This document shows, piece by piece, positions 1 to 9,268 of a stretch of DNA of 64,000 nt (position 1 is the first letter of the stretch; every line of letters begins with the position of its first letter). Both the position numbers and the translations under genes were made by a program. The notes below the pieces were generated by a model. It made no database searches, was not told the origin of the DNA, and worked only from the letters and a program-made list of their open reading frames with translations. Location: contig QCJV01000001.1 in assembly GCA_003215795.1 (NCBI GenBank), positions 20,548 through 84,547 of the forward strand, given 5' to 3'. This DNA is from Prochlorococcus sp. AG-409-F19 (GTDB lineage Bacteria > Cyanobacteriota > Cyanobacteriia > PCC-6307 > Cyanobiaceae).

Positions 1-196
1 ATAATGCGACATGAGCTTAGCCAAAAGATGTCATTTCCGTAATAACCTGGGCAAAAAAGTGGCTAGTTAGTGAGAAATATTCAAAATAAAAAAAGACTAA
101 ATTATGAACCTAAGATGAATTTTAAACTCTCGTCTGCATTACGCGAAAGATAATATTTTTATCTTGATTTACTTATAATGATAGGAGGTTGAAATC

Positions 197-1129
197 GTGA
201 GTTCTTTAAGTGACTTTCTTGGAGAAATAGGAAGACATCCACTACTGACACCTGAAGAAGAACTCACTATGGGGAGGGAAGTGCAGACGATGGTTGCCCT
301 TTTAGAGAGATGTAACCTAGCTAAAAATAAAGATAAGCAATGTAATTACTCAGATCTTGAAAAGCAAGCTATCAAAGCTGGAGAAAAAGCCAAAAACGAA
401 ATGATAACTGCAAACTTAAGACTAGTGGTTAATCTTGCTAAAAAATATCAAGGGAAGGGGCTAGAGCTACTGGATCTAATTCAAGAAGGCACAATTGGAT
501 TAACTCGTGCAGTAGAGAAATATGATCCCAAACGAGGTAATCGTTTCTCAACGTATGCATATTGGTGGATTAGACAAGGTTTAAATCGAGCATTATCCAC
601 TCAGAGCAGGACTATAAGAATCCCAGTAAATATTAACGAGAAATTAACAAAGCTCCGATCTGCAAAGTCGCAATTAATGCAAGAGAATGGTATTCATCCA
701 ACTTTAACGCAGTTAGCTCAAAGGATGAATCTATCAGCGGAAGAGGTTGAAGAACTACTTCAGTGTGAGATGAGAAGTATCACAATCAGTCTTCAAGGCG
801 TTATTCAATCCAAATCAGACCCTTCTGAACTGGGTGATCTTTTACCAAGCGATGAAGTTCCGCCTATGGAACTTGCAGAATTAGCAGAAAGAAATGATTC
901 TGCATGGTCCTTAATGAACAAAGCAAATCTCACCTCTAAAGAAAGAAAAATTGTTAGCCTTCGTTTTGGCCTTGATGGCACAAATGAATGGAGAACTCTA
1001 GCTAAAGTTGCAGAACATATGAATTGCAGCAGAGAATATTGCAGACAAGTCGTTGAAAGAGCCTTAAGAAAACTTAGAAAAACAGGAATTCAAAGTGGCT
1101 TGGTTGAATCAAACCTACAGAATGAATAG
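197..1129 (+). CDS. Group 2 sigma-70 (RpoD/SigA family) RNA polymerase sigma factor
   Basis: Region 2 ANLRLVVNLAKKY..DLIQEG..FSTYAYWWIRQ and a region 4 HTH; no region 1.1; GTG start preceded by AGGAGG. Confidence 0.93.
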   Translation: MSSLSDFLGEIGRHPLLTPEEELTMGREVQTMVALLERCNLAKNKDKQCNYSDLEKQAIKAGEKAKNEMITANLRLVVNLAKKYQGKGLELLDLIQEGTIGLTRAVEKYDPKRGNRFSTYAYWWIRQGLNRALSTQSRTIRIPVNINEKLTKLRSAKSQLMQENGIHPTLTQLAQRMNLSAEEVEELLQCEMRSITISLQGVIQSKSDPSELGDLLPSDEVPPMELAELAERNDSAWSLMNKANLTSKERKIVSLRFGLDGTNEWRTLAKVAEHMNCSREYCRQVVERALRKLRKTGIQSGLVESNLQNE

Positions 1130-1185
1130 TTAAGATGAGATTTTCCCGATTCTAACTTTAAATTAAACAATAATCATCTTAAAAA

Positions 1186-1551
1186 ATGTCAGAAGAGACA
1201 AGCCATGAACAAGAAGTTTTTGAAGCAGAAGTAATTGACAGCTCAGTTATTGATGAGAATATTTTTAAGAAGGTTTTACTAAGGGCTGGGAGAACTATTG
1301 CCAAACCAGCATTAGAAGCATTTGAAATGATTTTAGACCCGTCAACCCCCCCCCAAGCAAGAGTTTCTTTGATTGCAGCTCTTACCTATTTAATTGTGCC
1401 GATTGATTTAATGCCTGATTTTATTCCAGTCGCAGGATTTAGCGATGATCTTGTGGCGCTTACCGCTGTAATAAGTCTATGGAGCGAATACATGAGCCCT
1501 GGTATTCGTAATAGAGCTCGTAAGAAACTTGACAACTGGTTTCCACTTTAA
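1186..1551 (+). CDS. YkvA/DUF1232 family membrane protein
   Basis: ALTYLIVPIDLMPDFIPVAGFSDD motif. Confidence 0.85.
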   Translation: MSEETSHEQEVFEAEVIDSSVIDENIFKKVLLRAGRTIAKPALEAFEMILDPSTPPQARVSLIAALTYLIVPIDLMPDFIPVAGFSDDLVALTAVISLWSEYMSPGIRNRARKKLDNWFPL

Positions 1552-1555
1552 AACA

Positions 1556-1870
1556 ATGACTAAGTGGAATAAGGAAATAGAAGATGAAATTACTCTTCTA
1601 GTCAAAGATTGGCTTAAACAAAAAAAGAAAACCCAAAAAGATCTTAAAAAAATTCTGAATGCAAGCTCAGAGCGAATGCCTGTACTAATAGAAACGCTTA
1701 AATTAGAATATTCTGCCGGAGGATTATCTCAACTTTTAAAGGTTTTGTGTGCAGCAGAAGAGTCCTGGGAAAAAGACAATCAGATCAATAGAAGTGAGGA
1801 GAATTTTTCAGATCCATTTGGCCAACTTGATCTTCTTCTAGAAGAACTCAAAGAAGACTGTAATACTTAA
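1556..1870 (+). CDS. Hypothetical protein, possible N-terminal HTH-like region
   Basis: ORF packed in an operon-like run; ATG 1556 preferred to the overlapping 1529 start; C-terminal DPFGQLDLLL. Confidence 0.65.
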   Translation: MTKWNKEIEDEITLLVKDWLKQKKKTQKDLKKILNASSERMPVLIETLKLEYSAGGLSQLLKVLCAAEESWEKDNQINRSEENFSDPFGQLDLLLEELKEDCNT

Positions 1871-1899
1871 GTAAAGAAAAATTATCAATGGTCAATTGA

Positions 1900-2286
1900 A
1901 TGAAAATCAAACATGTATTTAAAAGTTACTTGGATAAATTTCTAAATACCCTTCAAGTTCTTATCATAAATACACTGATCATCTTATCATTCTTAAGTCA
2001 TCCAAGCAAAGTCTTTGCTCTTAATGAAAACGTAGGGGAGCATCTCTTTATCGAACATTGCGCAGGATGTCATATAAATGGTGGGAACATCATAAGAAGA
2101 AATAAAACCTTAAAGATAAAAGACTTAGAACGAAATGGATTAGATACAAAAGAGAAAATTGCAAAGATCGCTAGAGAAGGGATAGGAATTATGGATGGTT
2201 ATAAAGAAGTTCTAGGTGAAAAAGGAGACCAGCTAGTTGCAAATTGGATATTGAAACAAGCTCAGAAAGCCTGGGTCCAGGGATAA
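1900..2286 (+). CDS. Cytochrome c6-like protein (c6B/c6C type)
   Basis: Signal peptide, CAGCH heme motif, GGNIIRRNKTL, axial Met in GIGIMDGY. Confidence 0.88.
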   Translation: MKIKHVFKSYLDKFLNTLQVLIINTLIILSFLSHPSKVFALNENVGEHLFIEHCAGCHINGGNIIRRNKTLKIKDLERNGLDTKEKIAKIAREGIGIMDGYKEVLGEKGDQLVANWILKQAQKAWVQG

Positions 2287-2537
2287 ATATCTAATGAAGT
2301 CCATATTTGCTCTTTCCAGTAAACGTCATCTTCTAAAAGTTCCTTTACATCATCAATAGTTGAAGCTTCAAAAACTCCAAATACATATCTATTACACTTC
2401 GTAGGTCCTAAGGTTATGAGTATCCCTTCTTCCTTGAGTTTACTAAGCCTAGATAAATGCTCATCACGAAAAGGTGCTCGCTTTTCAATAGCATTTTGAC
2501 AATAAGTACCAAAAAGAACAAATCTCTCCATTGCCAT
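2262..2537 (-). CDS. YciI family protein
   Basis: RAPFRDEHL, GP and DVYW motifs. Confidence 0.8.
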   Translation of the reverse strand: MAMERFVLFGTYCQNAIEKRAPFRDEHLSRLSKLKEEGILITLGPTKCNRYVFGVFEASTIDDVKELLEDDVYWKEQIWTSLDIYPWTQAF

Positions 2538-2635
2538 CTGAGTTTAATTAATTGGGTGAAAATTACAATTAAATGATTGCACAATTGGCATACTAATTGC
2601 TATGTTATTTAAGTAGATCAATTTATTACTTAACT

Positions 2636-3004
2636 ATGCTCACAGGTAGCGACCTGCTCACTAAAGTCAAAGAACTTGGTGATGTCAGTAAATCAGATCT
2701 TGTTCGTGCATGTGGATATGTATCCAACAAGAAGGATGGTGGTGAAAGACTAAATTTCACTGCCTTTTACGAAGCTCTACTAGAAGCGAAAGGCGTAAGC
2801 CTAGGAGCAACTGGTGTAGCAGGTATTGGAAAAGGTGGAAGAAAGCTAAGCTATGTTGCAACTGTTCAAGGCAACGGCAATCTATTAATTGGTAAAGCAT
2901 ATACAGCTTTACTAGACCTCAAAGCTGGGGATGAATTTGAGATTAAACTAGGTCGTAAGCAAATCAGACTTGTTCCTGCTGGTGCAGAAGATTCTGATGA
3001 TTAG
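2636..3004 (+). CDS. Cyanobacterial AbrB-like transcriptional regulator (cyAbrB)
   Basis: MLTGSDLL...NFTAFYEALLEAKG...VQGNGNLLIGKAY..GDEFEIKLGRKQIRL; ATG at 2636. Confidence 0.9.
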   Translation: MLTGSDLLTKVKELGDVSKSDLVRACGYVSNKKDGGERLNFTAFYEALLEAKGVSLGATGVAGIGKGGRKLSYVATVQGNGNLLIGKAYTALLDLKAGDEFEIKLGRKQIRLVPAGAEDSDD

Positions 3005-3064
3005 GCAAATAAATATGTAACTTGATTTTTCAAGAATACATAAACTCTTAATAGCTTTAAATAT

Positions 3065-3093
3065 AAGCCTCAGAATATATCTGAGGTTTTTTT
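3065..3093 (+). terminator. Rho-independent terminator after cyAbrB
   Basis: AAGCCTCAGA-ATATA-TCTGAGGTTT stem-loop running into a T7 tract. Confidence 0.85.
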
Positions 3094-3137
3094 ATTTCCC
3101 TGTAGTGCTTTATCTTTATCATTTTTTTATTGAATCT

Positions 3138-3974
3138 CTAGCCGGCTGCTTTCCTAAGTTCTCTACAAAAATTACCTGCTTCATCTACTACCTTCTCATC
3201 AGATGCATTAAATATCCTTTTAACAAGAGCACTGCCAACTATCGCACCATCAGCTCCCCACTTTCTAACCTGACTTACATGTTTAGCATCAGAAATACCA
3301 AAACCTACAGCAACAGGATTAGGACTAAATTGCTTAATTTTTTGTACTAGGAACTTAACACGATCTTCTAAAATTGAACGTTCTCCAGTAACCCCTGTGA
3401 CACTTACAAGATAAGTAAACCCTTTGCTTCTTGAACAAATCTTTTTCATGCGTTCTAAAGGAGTTGTAGGTGCAACTAAAAGAACTAAATCAAGTTTTCT
3501 CTTTGCTGCAATTGAAGATAATTTCTCAGCTTCTTCTAAGGGCAAGTCCGGAACAACTAACCCAGAGGCTCCAGCCTTTGCAGCCTGGCAACAAAAGTTC
3601 TCCATGCCACAATTAAGCAGAGGATTGCTATATGTAAAAAGAACTACTGGAATGGTTAGTTTTTCTTTCAAGTTATAGAGCATTTCTAAGACTGCTTTTG
3701 GAGAAGTTCCAGCAGTAAGTGCACGAGAAGCAGCCAACTGTATTATCGGTCCATCTGCTAGAGGATCACTATATGGGATTCCCAATTCAATAATATCTGC
3801 ACCTTCAGCTTGTAGTCTTAATAATATTTGGGCTGATGTATTAAGGTCTGGATCTCCTGCCATTATAAAAGGCATTAATGCAATTTTATCTTCTTTTTTT
3901 ATTTGAGCAAAACAGTTTTCTAGTTTTGAGGGTTGAATAGAGTGACTACTAAGAGTTTCTTTCTTCAAATTCAT
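3138..3974 (-). CDS. trpA: Tryptophan synthase alpha chain
   Basis: [27 protein letters not shown] and ADGAIVGS motifs; start uncertain (3974 ATG chosen). Confidence 0.96.
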   Translation of the reverse strand: MNLKKETLSSHSIQPSKLENCFAQIKKEDKIALMPFIMAGDPDLNTSAQILLRLQAEGADIIELGIPYSDPLADGPIIQLAASRALTAGTSPKAVLEMLYNLKEKLTIPVVLFTYSNPLLNCGMENFCCQAAKAGASGLVVPDLPLEEAEKLSSIAAKRKLDLVLLVAPTTPLERMKKICSRSKGFTYLVSVTGVTGERSILEDRVKFLVQKIKQFSPNPVAVGFGISDAKHVSQVRKWGADGAIVGSALVKRIFNASDEKVVDEAGNFCRELRKAAG

Positions 3975-4007
3975 TAAGGAATAACTGAGAACGAGCAAAG
4001 ACTCTAA

Positions 4008-4349
4008 TTAATTAGTTTCTTTATTCTCATTGTTATCTTTTTCAAGCTCTTTAAAAAATCTAATCTTATCTTCGTTAGACATTGAATCAAATCTTGCTTC
4101 TAGCTCTCTATCTGTAATCTGTTGATATTGGCTACGGTAACGTTTACGTTGTTCCATAAAAGTCATCTTGCCGGTTACAACTCTGAAAAAATAAGAAAGG
4201 ATCCAAGTCAGCAAAAGTAGTACCAAAACCGATTCAGAAGCAATTCCTGCTTTAGTTAAGTCGAAGCCATAGAACAAAAAGGTGAAATAAGCCAACCCTC
4301 CTAACAGAAAAAGTAATAAGCCTAATTGAAGAACATTTGCTTTAGTCAA
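4008..4349 (-). CDS. DUF3007 family membrane protein
   Basis: Two TM helices, SYFFRVVTGKMTFMEQRKRY; ndhL-DUF3007-trpA order. Confidence 0.85.
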   Translation of the reverse strand: MTKANVLQLGLLLFLLGGLAYFTFLFYGFDLTKAGIASESVLVLLLLTWILSYFFRVVTGKMTFMEQRKRYRSQYQQITDRELEARFDSMSNEDKIRFFKELEKDNNENKETN

Positions 4350-4352
4350 ACT

Positions 4353-4592
4353 TCATCTGTCTCCTTGACCATACATGCGAAGATTTAGGAAAGGGGCGAA
4401 CAAGAGCATTCCAGGAAAGAAAAGAAAAACTAGGCCGTAAATAAGCAACCTCTCATATTTGCCCATAAAATTCCACCTCGAATTCATCCAAAAATAAAGG
4501 AAAAGTGGTATAGCCACTAAATAAAGCCCACCAAGAAATAAATATGAGCCTATTACTAAAAAAGAATTATTAAACGCTTCGTTAGGTATCAA
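4353..4592 (-). CDS. ndhL: NDH-1 complex subunit L
   Basis: [43 protein letters not shown]. Confidence 0.92.
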   Translation of the reverse strand: MIPNEAFNNSFLVIGSYLFLGGLYLVAIPLFLYFWMNSRWNFMGKYERLLIYGLVFLFFPGMLLFAPFLNLRMYGQGDR

Positions 4593-5022
4593 AAGGAAGG
4601 CTCCTTAATCTGACATTTCTCTAATTGTAATATCTGATTAATCTTATTGGCTAAAGATTTTAAAGTAAAGATTTTTCTTAAACTAATCACGCATATCTCA
4701 GGGTCATACGAATGAAAATAATTAAAGGTATAACCCTAAGAATGAAATTATTGCATTAGGATTCCCAACCTTTTAGCATTAGAAAGCCTCAGACAACAAT
4801 AAGTCTAATCTCCAAGGTCCTATGAATCCCAACTAATATTTGTTTCAATGTTTTGTTTTGATGACAAGAGCAAAAAAACAACTAACAATTACTTTGGTTG
4901 CTCTAAAGAAATTCTACTCAACTCTAACTAAAGAGTAGTTTCCTTTTGAAGCTTAAATTAAAGATCATTTGTTTAAATGCCTATTGATGATCAAAGCTCA
5001 TTAAATCATTTTCAACGACTTA

Positions 5023-5108
5023 TGCGAGTGGAGGGACTTGAACCCTCACGACCATTGCTGGTCTCAGGATTTTAAGTCCTGTGTGTCTACCAATTCCACC
5101 ACACTCGC
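5023..5108 (-). tRNA. trnL: tRNA-Leu(UAA), no intron, CCA not encoded
   Basis: Reverse complement GCGAGTG-TGGTGGAATTGGTAGACACA-CAGGA CT TAA AA TCCTG-long variable arm-GAGGGTTCAAGTCCCTC-CACTCGC-A. Confidence 0.97.
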
Positions 5109-5289
5109 AAGGGATCTCGGTGATTTCATCTTAGCAAAAGAGTGAGAATGGTACGCACACATGTGATTTTCGGGATTTACTGGATAAAGCTAGACTGCAT
5201 GTTTGAGGTAATCTTATGAATCTAGATTGTCAATTAATGCTCTAATTACTCTTAAAATCAATTAACTTTTATCAAGCTTTTCATTCCTG

Positions 5290-5302
5290 CCCCCCCCCCC
5301 CC
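5290..5302. repeat. C13 homopolymer (G13 on the minus strand)
   Basis: Directly visible in the pyrC-tRNA spacer. Confidence 0.9.
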
Positions 5303-5502
5303 ATTTCAGCACACTCAAACCTCTTAATCCTAGCTATACCAGTTATCTACAGCTATTAGAAAGCCACTCAAAACAAAATCATGAAATTAACAACTTTTTC
5401 GAACATCGTTTTATTAAGGTTAATGATTTTAGAAAAAAATATATATAACAAACCTTTCAAGAATTCTTCCTTTAAAGAGGAAAAGATTTAAGCCCTTTAA
5501 TA

Positions 5503-6597
5503 TTAAGAACTCTCAGACTCAGTAAACTTAGAATCAAAAGACCAATTCAAAATTTCTCCCGCATGAAAAGGAGCTATATATTCAAATGGATTATCTGCTT
5601 TGACCAGTTCAAATCTTGAAGAAACGATATGAGGATTTTTAACCAAAGAAATTCTCTTTTCATTAACTGGCAATCCGTAGAAATTAGCTCCGAAAACACT
5701 TGCGAAGGACTCTAGCTGATCTAAAGCCCCTTCCTCCTCAAAAACTTGCGCATAACTTTCGATAGCATTAGGTGCATTGAATATGCCAGCACAGCCGCAT
5801 GAATTTTCCTTAAATTCGCGAAGATGCGGTGCTGAATCAGTACCTAGAAAAAAACAAGGTTCTCCACTCGTAGCAGCTTGTCTAAGAGCAATTCGATGAC
5901 GCTCCCTTTTTGCAACAGGAAGGCAAAAGAAGTCACTCCTTAATCCACCATCAAAAAGGGCATTTCTATTTATATGCAAATGATGAGGAGTTATTGTTGC
6001 TGCCAATGATGCTGAACTGTTCCGAACATATTCAACAGCATCCTCAGTTGTGATATGTTCTAAAACCACTCGAAGAGCAGGGAATCTCTTAAGTAAAGGC
6101 TGAAGCTGAGATTCAAGAAAGACGGATTCTCTATCAAAAATATCAATGGAGGGGTCTACTACTTCTCCATGGATTAACAATGGCATTCCAATCTCTTCCA
6201 TCGTCTCAGCAGCAGAGTAGATATTTTCAATATTCGTAACGCCTGCCTCTGAATTAGTAGTTGAATTTGCAGGATATAATTTTGCAGCAAAGAAAATGCC
6301 TCTTTCAAAGCCTTCTCTTAAAACCTCTACAAAAAGGTCATCAGTAAGATATGCAGTCATGAGAGGAGTGAACAAATGCCCTTCGGGCACCGCGCACAAG
6401 ATTCTTTCTCGATAATCAATAGCAGATTGAATGCTAGTAATTGGCGGCTGAAGATTGGGCATTACTATCGCACGTCTAAATACTCGCGAAGTAGGTGCTA
6501 CTACAGTTGCCAAGACATCTCCATCTCTGAGATGAAGATGCCAATCATCTGGTTGACGTATTATTATTCGGTCTTGGGGCAAATTCAAAGAAATCAA
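5503..6597 (-). CDS. pyrC: Dihydroorotase (homodimeric type)
   Basis: DDWHLHLRDG, MPNL, KLYPA, HGE, EHITT and GTDSAPH motifs. Confidence 0.96.
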   Translation of the reverse strand: MISLNLPQDRIIIRQPDDWHLHLRDGDVLATVVAPTSRVFRRAIVMPNLQPPITSIQSAIDYRERILCAVPEGHLFTPLMTAYLTDDLFVEVLREGFERGIFFAAKLYPANSTTNSEAGVTNIENIYSAAETMEEIGMPLLIHGEVVDPSIDIFDRESVFLESQLQPLLKRFPALRVVLEHITTEDAVEYVRNSSASLAATITPHHLHINRNALFDGGLRSDFFCLPVAKRERHRIALRQAATSGEPCFFLGTDSAPHLREFKENSCGCAGIFNAPNAIESYAQVFEEEGALDQLESFASVFGANFYGLPVNEKRISLVKNPHIVSSRFELVKADNPFEYIAPFHAGEILNWSFDSKFTESESS

Positions 6598-6728
6598 ACT
6601 TAAATTAACCTATGGACTAAATGCCATTCCTTTTAAAATACACTGAATTACTATGTATGAAAACACTCAATCAAATTGGATTAAATATCTAGTCAAACTA
6701 AAGCAATTTTTTTCCTGTCTCTCTACAA

Positions 6729-7814
6729 ATGTCAACACAGCTAATACAATCTTTACTAGAAATTATTATTGGGATCTTTACCCTTTTCGCTGGGGGTGAA
6801 TTCTTTGTTCAGGGGGCTGCATCACTTTCTCTTATCTTAGGAATACCACAACTTGTAATTGGACTAACTGTTGTATCACTCGGTACTAGTGCGCCAGAAC
6901 TATTTGTCAGTATAGGCTCTTTCCTTAGAGGTTCAGATGCGATTGCTGTCGGGAATATAGTTGGGAGCAATATCTTCAACGTCTTGGTTGTTTTAGGGAG
7001 CAGTGCTCTTGTTATGCCTTTAAGAGTAGAGAGTCGTCTCGTAAGAAGAGATGTACCTTTGTTACTAGCTGTTTCTGCAGCTGTTTGGGGAATGGCATCT
7101 TCAGGAAACTTTAGTTGGCAATCAGGCTTTGCACTATTAATTGCTCTTGGAATAAATACAATCTGGGAAATTCGTACTGCAAGAGAAGAGCCACAGGGAA
7201 TTAAAGATGCTGAACCTGAAATAAAGTTCAATTCAAATTCTAAAAAGTGGCTCAGAGCTATCGGAAAAATTATTAGTGGGATATTGATACTAGGGCTTGG
7301 TTCTAATCTGTTAATCAGTGGTGCCAAATCGTTAGCTAGTGCATACGGCTGGAGTGAAACTGTAATCGGGCTGACAATTGTATCAGCAGGGACCTCAATG
7401 CCTGAATTAATAACTTCCTTGGTGGCATCTCTACGTGGGAAGACAGACTTGGCAATTGGCAATGTAATAGGAAGTAGTCTGCTTAACCAACTGCTAGTGC
7501 TGGGAACATGCGCTTTTTTCTCAGGAAGCAAGGGGCTTGTAGTTGAGGAAGTTATAATACAAAGAGATCTCCCTATTATGATTCTTACAGTTTTAGCTTG
7601 TATGCCAATCTTCTGGACAAAAGGAATAATCAGTCGCTCAGAAGGGGCAATCTTTTTACTTCTTTATGTATTATATTTAGCTGATCAAATACTTCCATAT
7701 ACGGTACCAACAGCTCAAGAAGAATTACGAATAATAGCTATATTTTTAATCCTACCAATTGTTCTACTGTTGCTTTCTTTTAAGGCATATCGTTACTGGC
7801 ACAAATTAACTTAA
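6729..7814 (+). CDS. Calcium/sodium antiporter (CaCA, YrbG-like)
   Basis: Alpha repeats GTSAPEL..GSNIFN and GTSMPEL..GNVIGS. Confidence 0.92.
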   Translation: MSTQLIQSLLEIIIGIFTLFAGGEFFVQGAASLSLILGIPQLVIGLTVVSLGTSAPELFVSIGSFLRGSDAIAVGNIVGSNIFNVLVVLGSSALVMPLRVESRLVRRDVPLLLAVSAAVWGMASSGNFSWQSGFALLIALGINTIWEIRTAREEPQGIKDAEPEIKFNSNSKKWLRAIGKIISGILILGLGSNLLISGAKSLASAYGWSETVIGLTIVSAGTSMPELITSLVASLRGKTDLAIGNVIGSSLLNQLLVLGTCAFFSGSKGLVVEEVIIQRDLPIMILTVLACMPIFWTKGIISRSEGAIFLLLYVLYLADQILPYTVPTAQEELRIIAIFLILPIVLLLLSFKAYRYWHKLT

Positions 7815-7862
7815 CTAGCAATGAAATAACATGTGTAATTTATTTAAAATCCTTGCTATTCA

Positions 7863-9224
7863 TCATTGCATAGTAACAAACTCTTCTGAAATTGTTGGAT
7901 GTAAAGCCATTGTCTTATCAAAATCTGATTTCTTTGCACCCATTTTAATCGCGATAGACACCATCTGAATAATCTCGGAGGAATCATCTCCAAGCATATG
8001 ACAACCAATAACTAATCCTGATTTGCTGTGAACAACTAATTTCAATAGGCATTTTTCTTCTGATCTTGTCAGCATTTTCGACATGGGTCTAAATCTTGCT
8101 TTATAGATTGAAATATTGCCCTCACCATACTTATCTAAAGATTCTTGTTCTGAAAGCCCAACGCAAGCAATTTCAGGTTGAGAAAACACTGCCTTAGGAA
8201 TAAATTCATAATCAACATACCTATTTTTCTGCCCAAAAAGATTATCAGCACAGACCCGACCTTCTTCGATAGCTACAGGTGTAAGGTTCACCCGATCAAT
8301 AACATCACCGACTGCAAAAATATGAGCAATATTTGTCTGATTTTTTGTATCTACTACAATCCTATTCTGACTAGTTTTCAGACCAATTAAATCAAGCTTA
8401 AGTCCCTCAAGGAATGGCTCTCTTCCAGTCGCAAAAATAACTGCCCCACATTTATAGTCACGACTCTCACTGTCCGTCAAAGTCAAGTCTCCAATTTCAC
8501 CTTCTACAGAAACAATTTGTTTAGAAAATTGAATGTCTATTCCTCTAGAAATCATAGATTTTGCTAACTCTTCGGAAATCTCTTTGTCAAATCCCTTTAA
8601 TAAGCTGTCGCCCCTAACAAATTGTCTCACACCAATCCCCAGTCCATTCAAAATACAAGAGAATTCGCAAGAAATAAAGCCTGCCCCAACAACTACAACC
8701 TTCTCCGGAAAACTTCTCTGCAAAAAGATATCATCACTTACCCACCCTAAAGAAGCTCCTGGAATTTTAGGTCTAATAGGGCGCCCTCCAACAGCAATCA
8801 AGATGTTTCTAGCCTCAAGTTCGAGGGGTGAGCTTAAGTCAGAAGTCCTGACCCCTACTGAATTTAAACCAGTAAAATACCCCCAACCTCTTATAAGCGT
8901 CACATTCGATTTCTCAAGCAAGTCCACATGTAATTCATTTAATCGATCAACTTCCTTGCGAACATTCTCAAATAAAGCCCCTGGATTTATTTTTATCTCA
9001 TTAAGCTCTATCCCATACATTGAAGAATTTCTAATATTCTCAGCATGCTTAGATCCATACACCAACAATTTTTTAGGCACACAACCCCTAACAACACATG
9101 TGCCTCCTACACGGTCACCTTCTATAATTGCAACTCTCGCACCATAGCTTGCTGCTCTTTTAGCTGCAGCAAGTCCGCCGGAGCCAGCACCTAATACAAT
9201 TAAATCAAAAAAATTTTTCTTCAA
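7863..9224 (-). CDS. gor: Glutathione reductase
   Basis: GAGSGG, GGTCVVRGCVPKK and HPTISEE motifs. Confidence 0.93.
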   Translation of the reverse strand: MKKNFFDLIVLGAGSGGLAAAKRAASYGARVAIIEGDRVGGTCVVRGCVPKKLLVYGSKHAENIRNSSMYGIELNEIKINPGALFENVRKEVDRLNELHVDLLEKSNVTLIRGWGYFTGLNSVGVRTSDLSSPLELEARNILIAVGGRPIRPKIPGASLGWVSDDIFLQRSFPEKVVVVGAGFISCEFSCILNGLGIGVRQFVRGDSLLKGFDKEISEELAKSMISRGIDIQFSKQIVSVEGEIGDLTLTDSESRDYKCGAVIFATGREPFLEGLKLDLIGLKTSQNRIVVDTKNQTNIAHIFAVGDVIDRVNLTPVAIEEGRVCADNLFGQKNRYVDYEFIPKAVFSQPEIACVGLSEQESLDKYGEGNISIYKARFRPMSKMLTRSEEKCLLKLVVHSKSGLVIGCHMLGDDSSEIIQMVSIAIKMGAKKSDFDKTMALHPTISEEFVTMQ

Positions 9225-9268
9225 AATAAAACTTCTCCTTAGCCTTTTGACTATTCTCCTACTAATCC

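Noticed and set aside
5023-5108. Group I intron in tRNA-Leu(UAA)
   Set aside because: The anticodon loop is contiguous; no intron
6809-7531. 240-aa antisense ORF
   Set aside because: Shadow frame of the CaCA antiporter with no motifs
8533-9147. 204-aa antisense ORF, and the other short ORFs overlapping known genes
   Set aside because: Shadow frames of conserved genes such as gor; no independent coding signal
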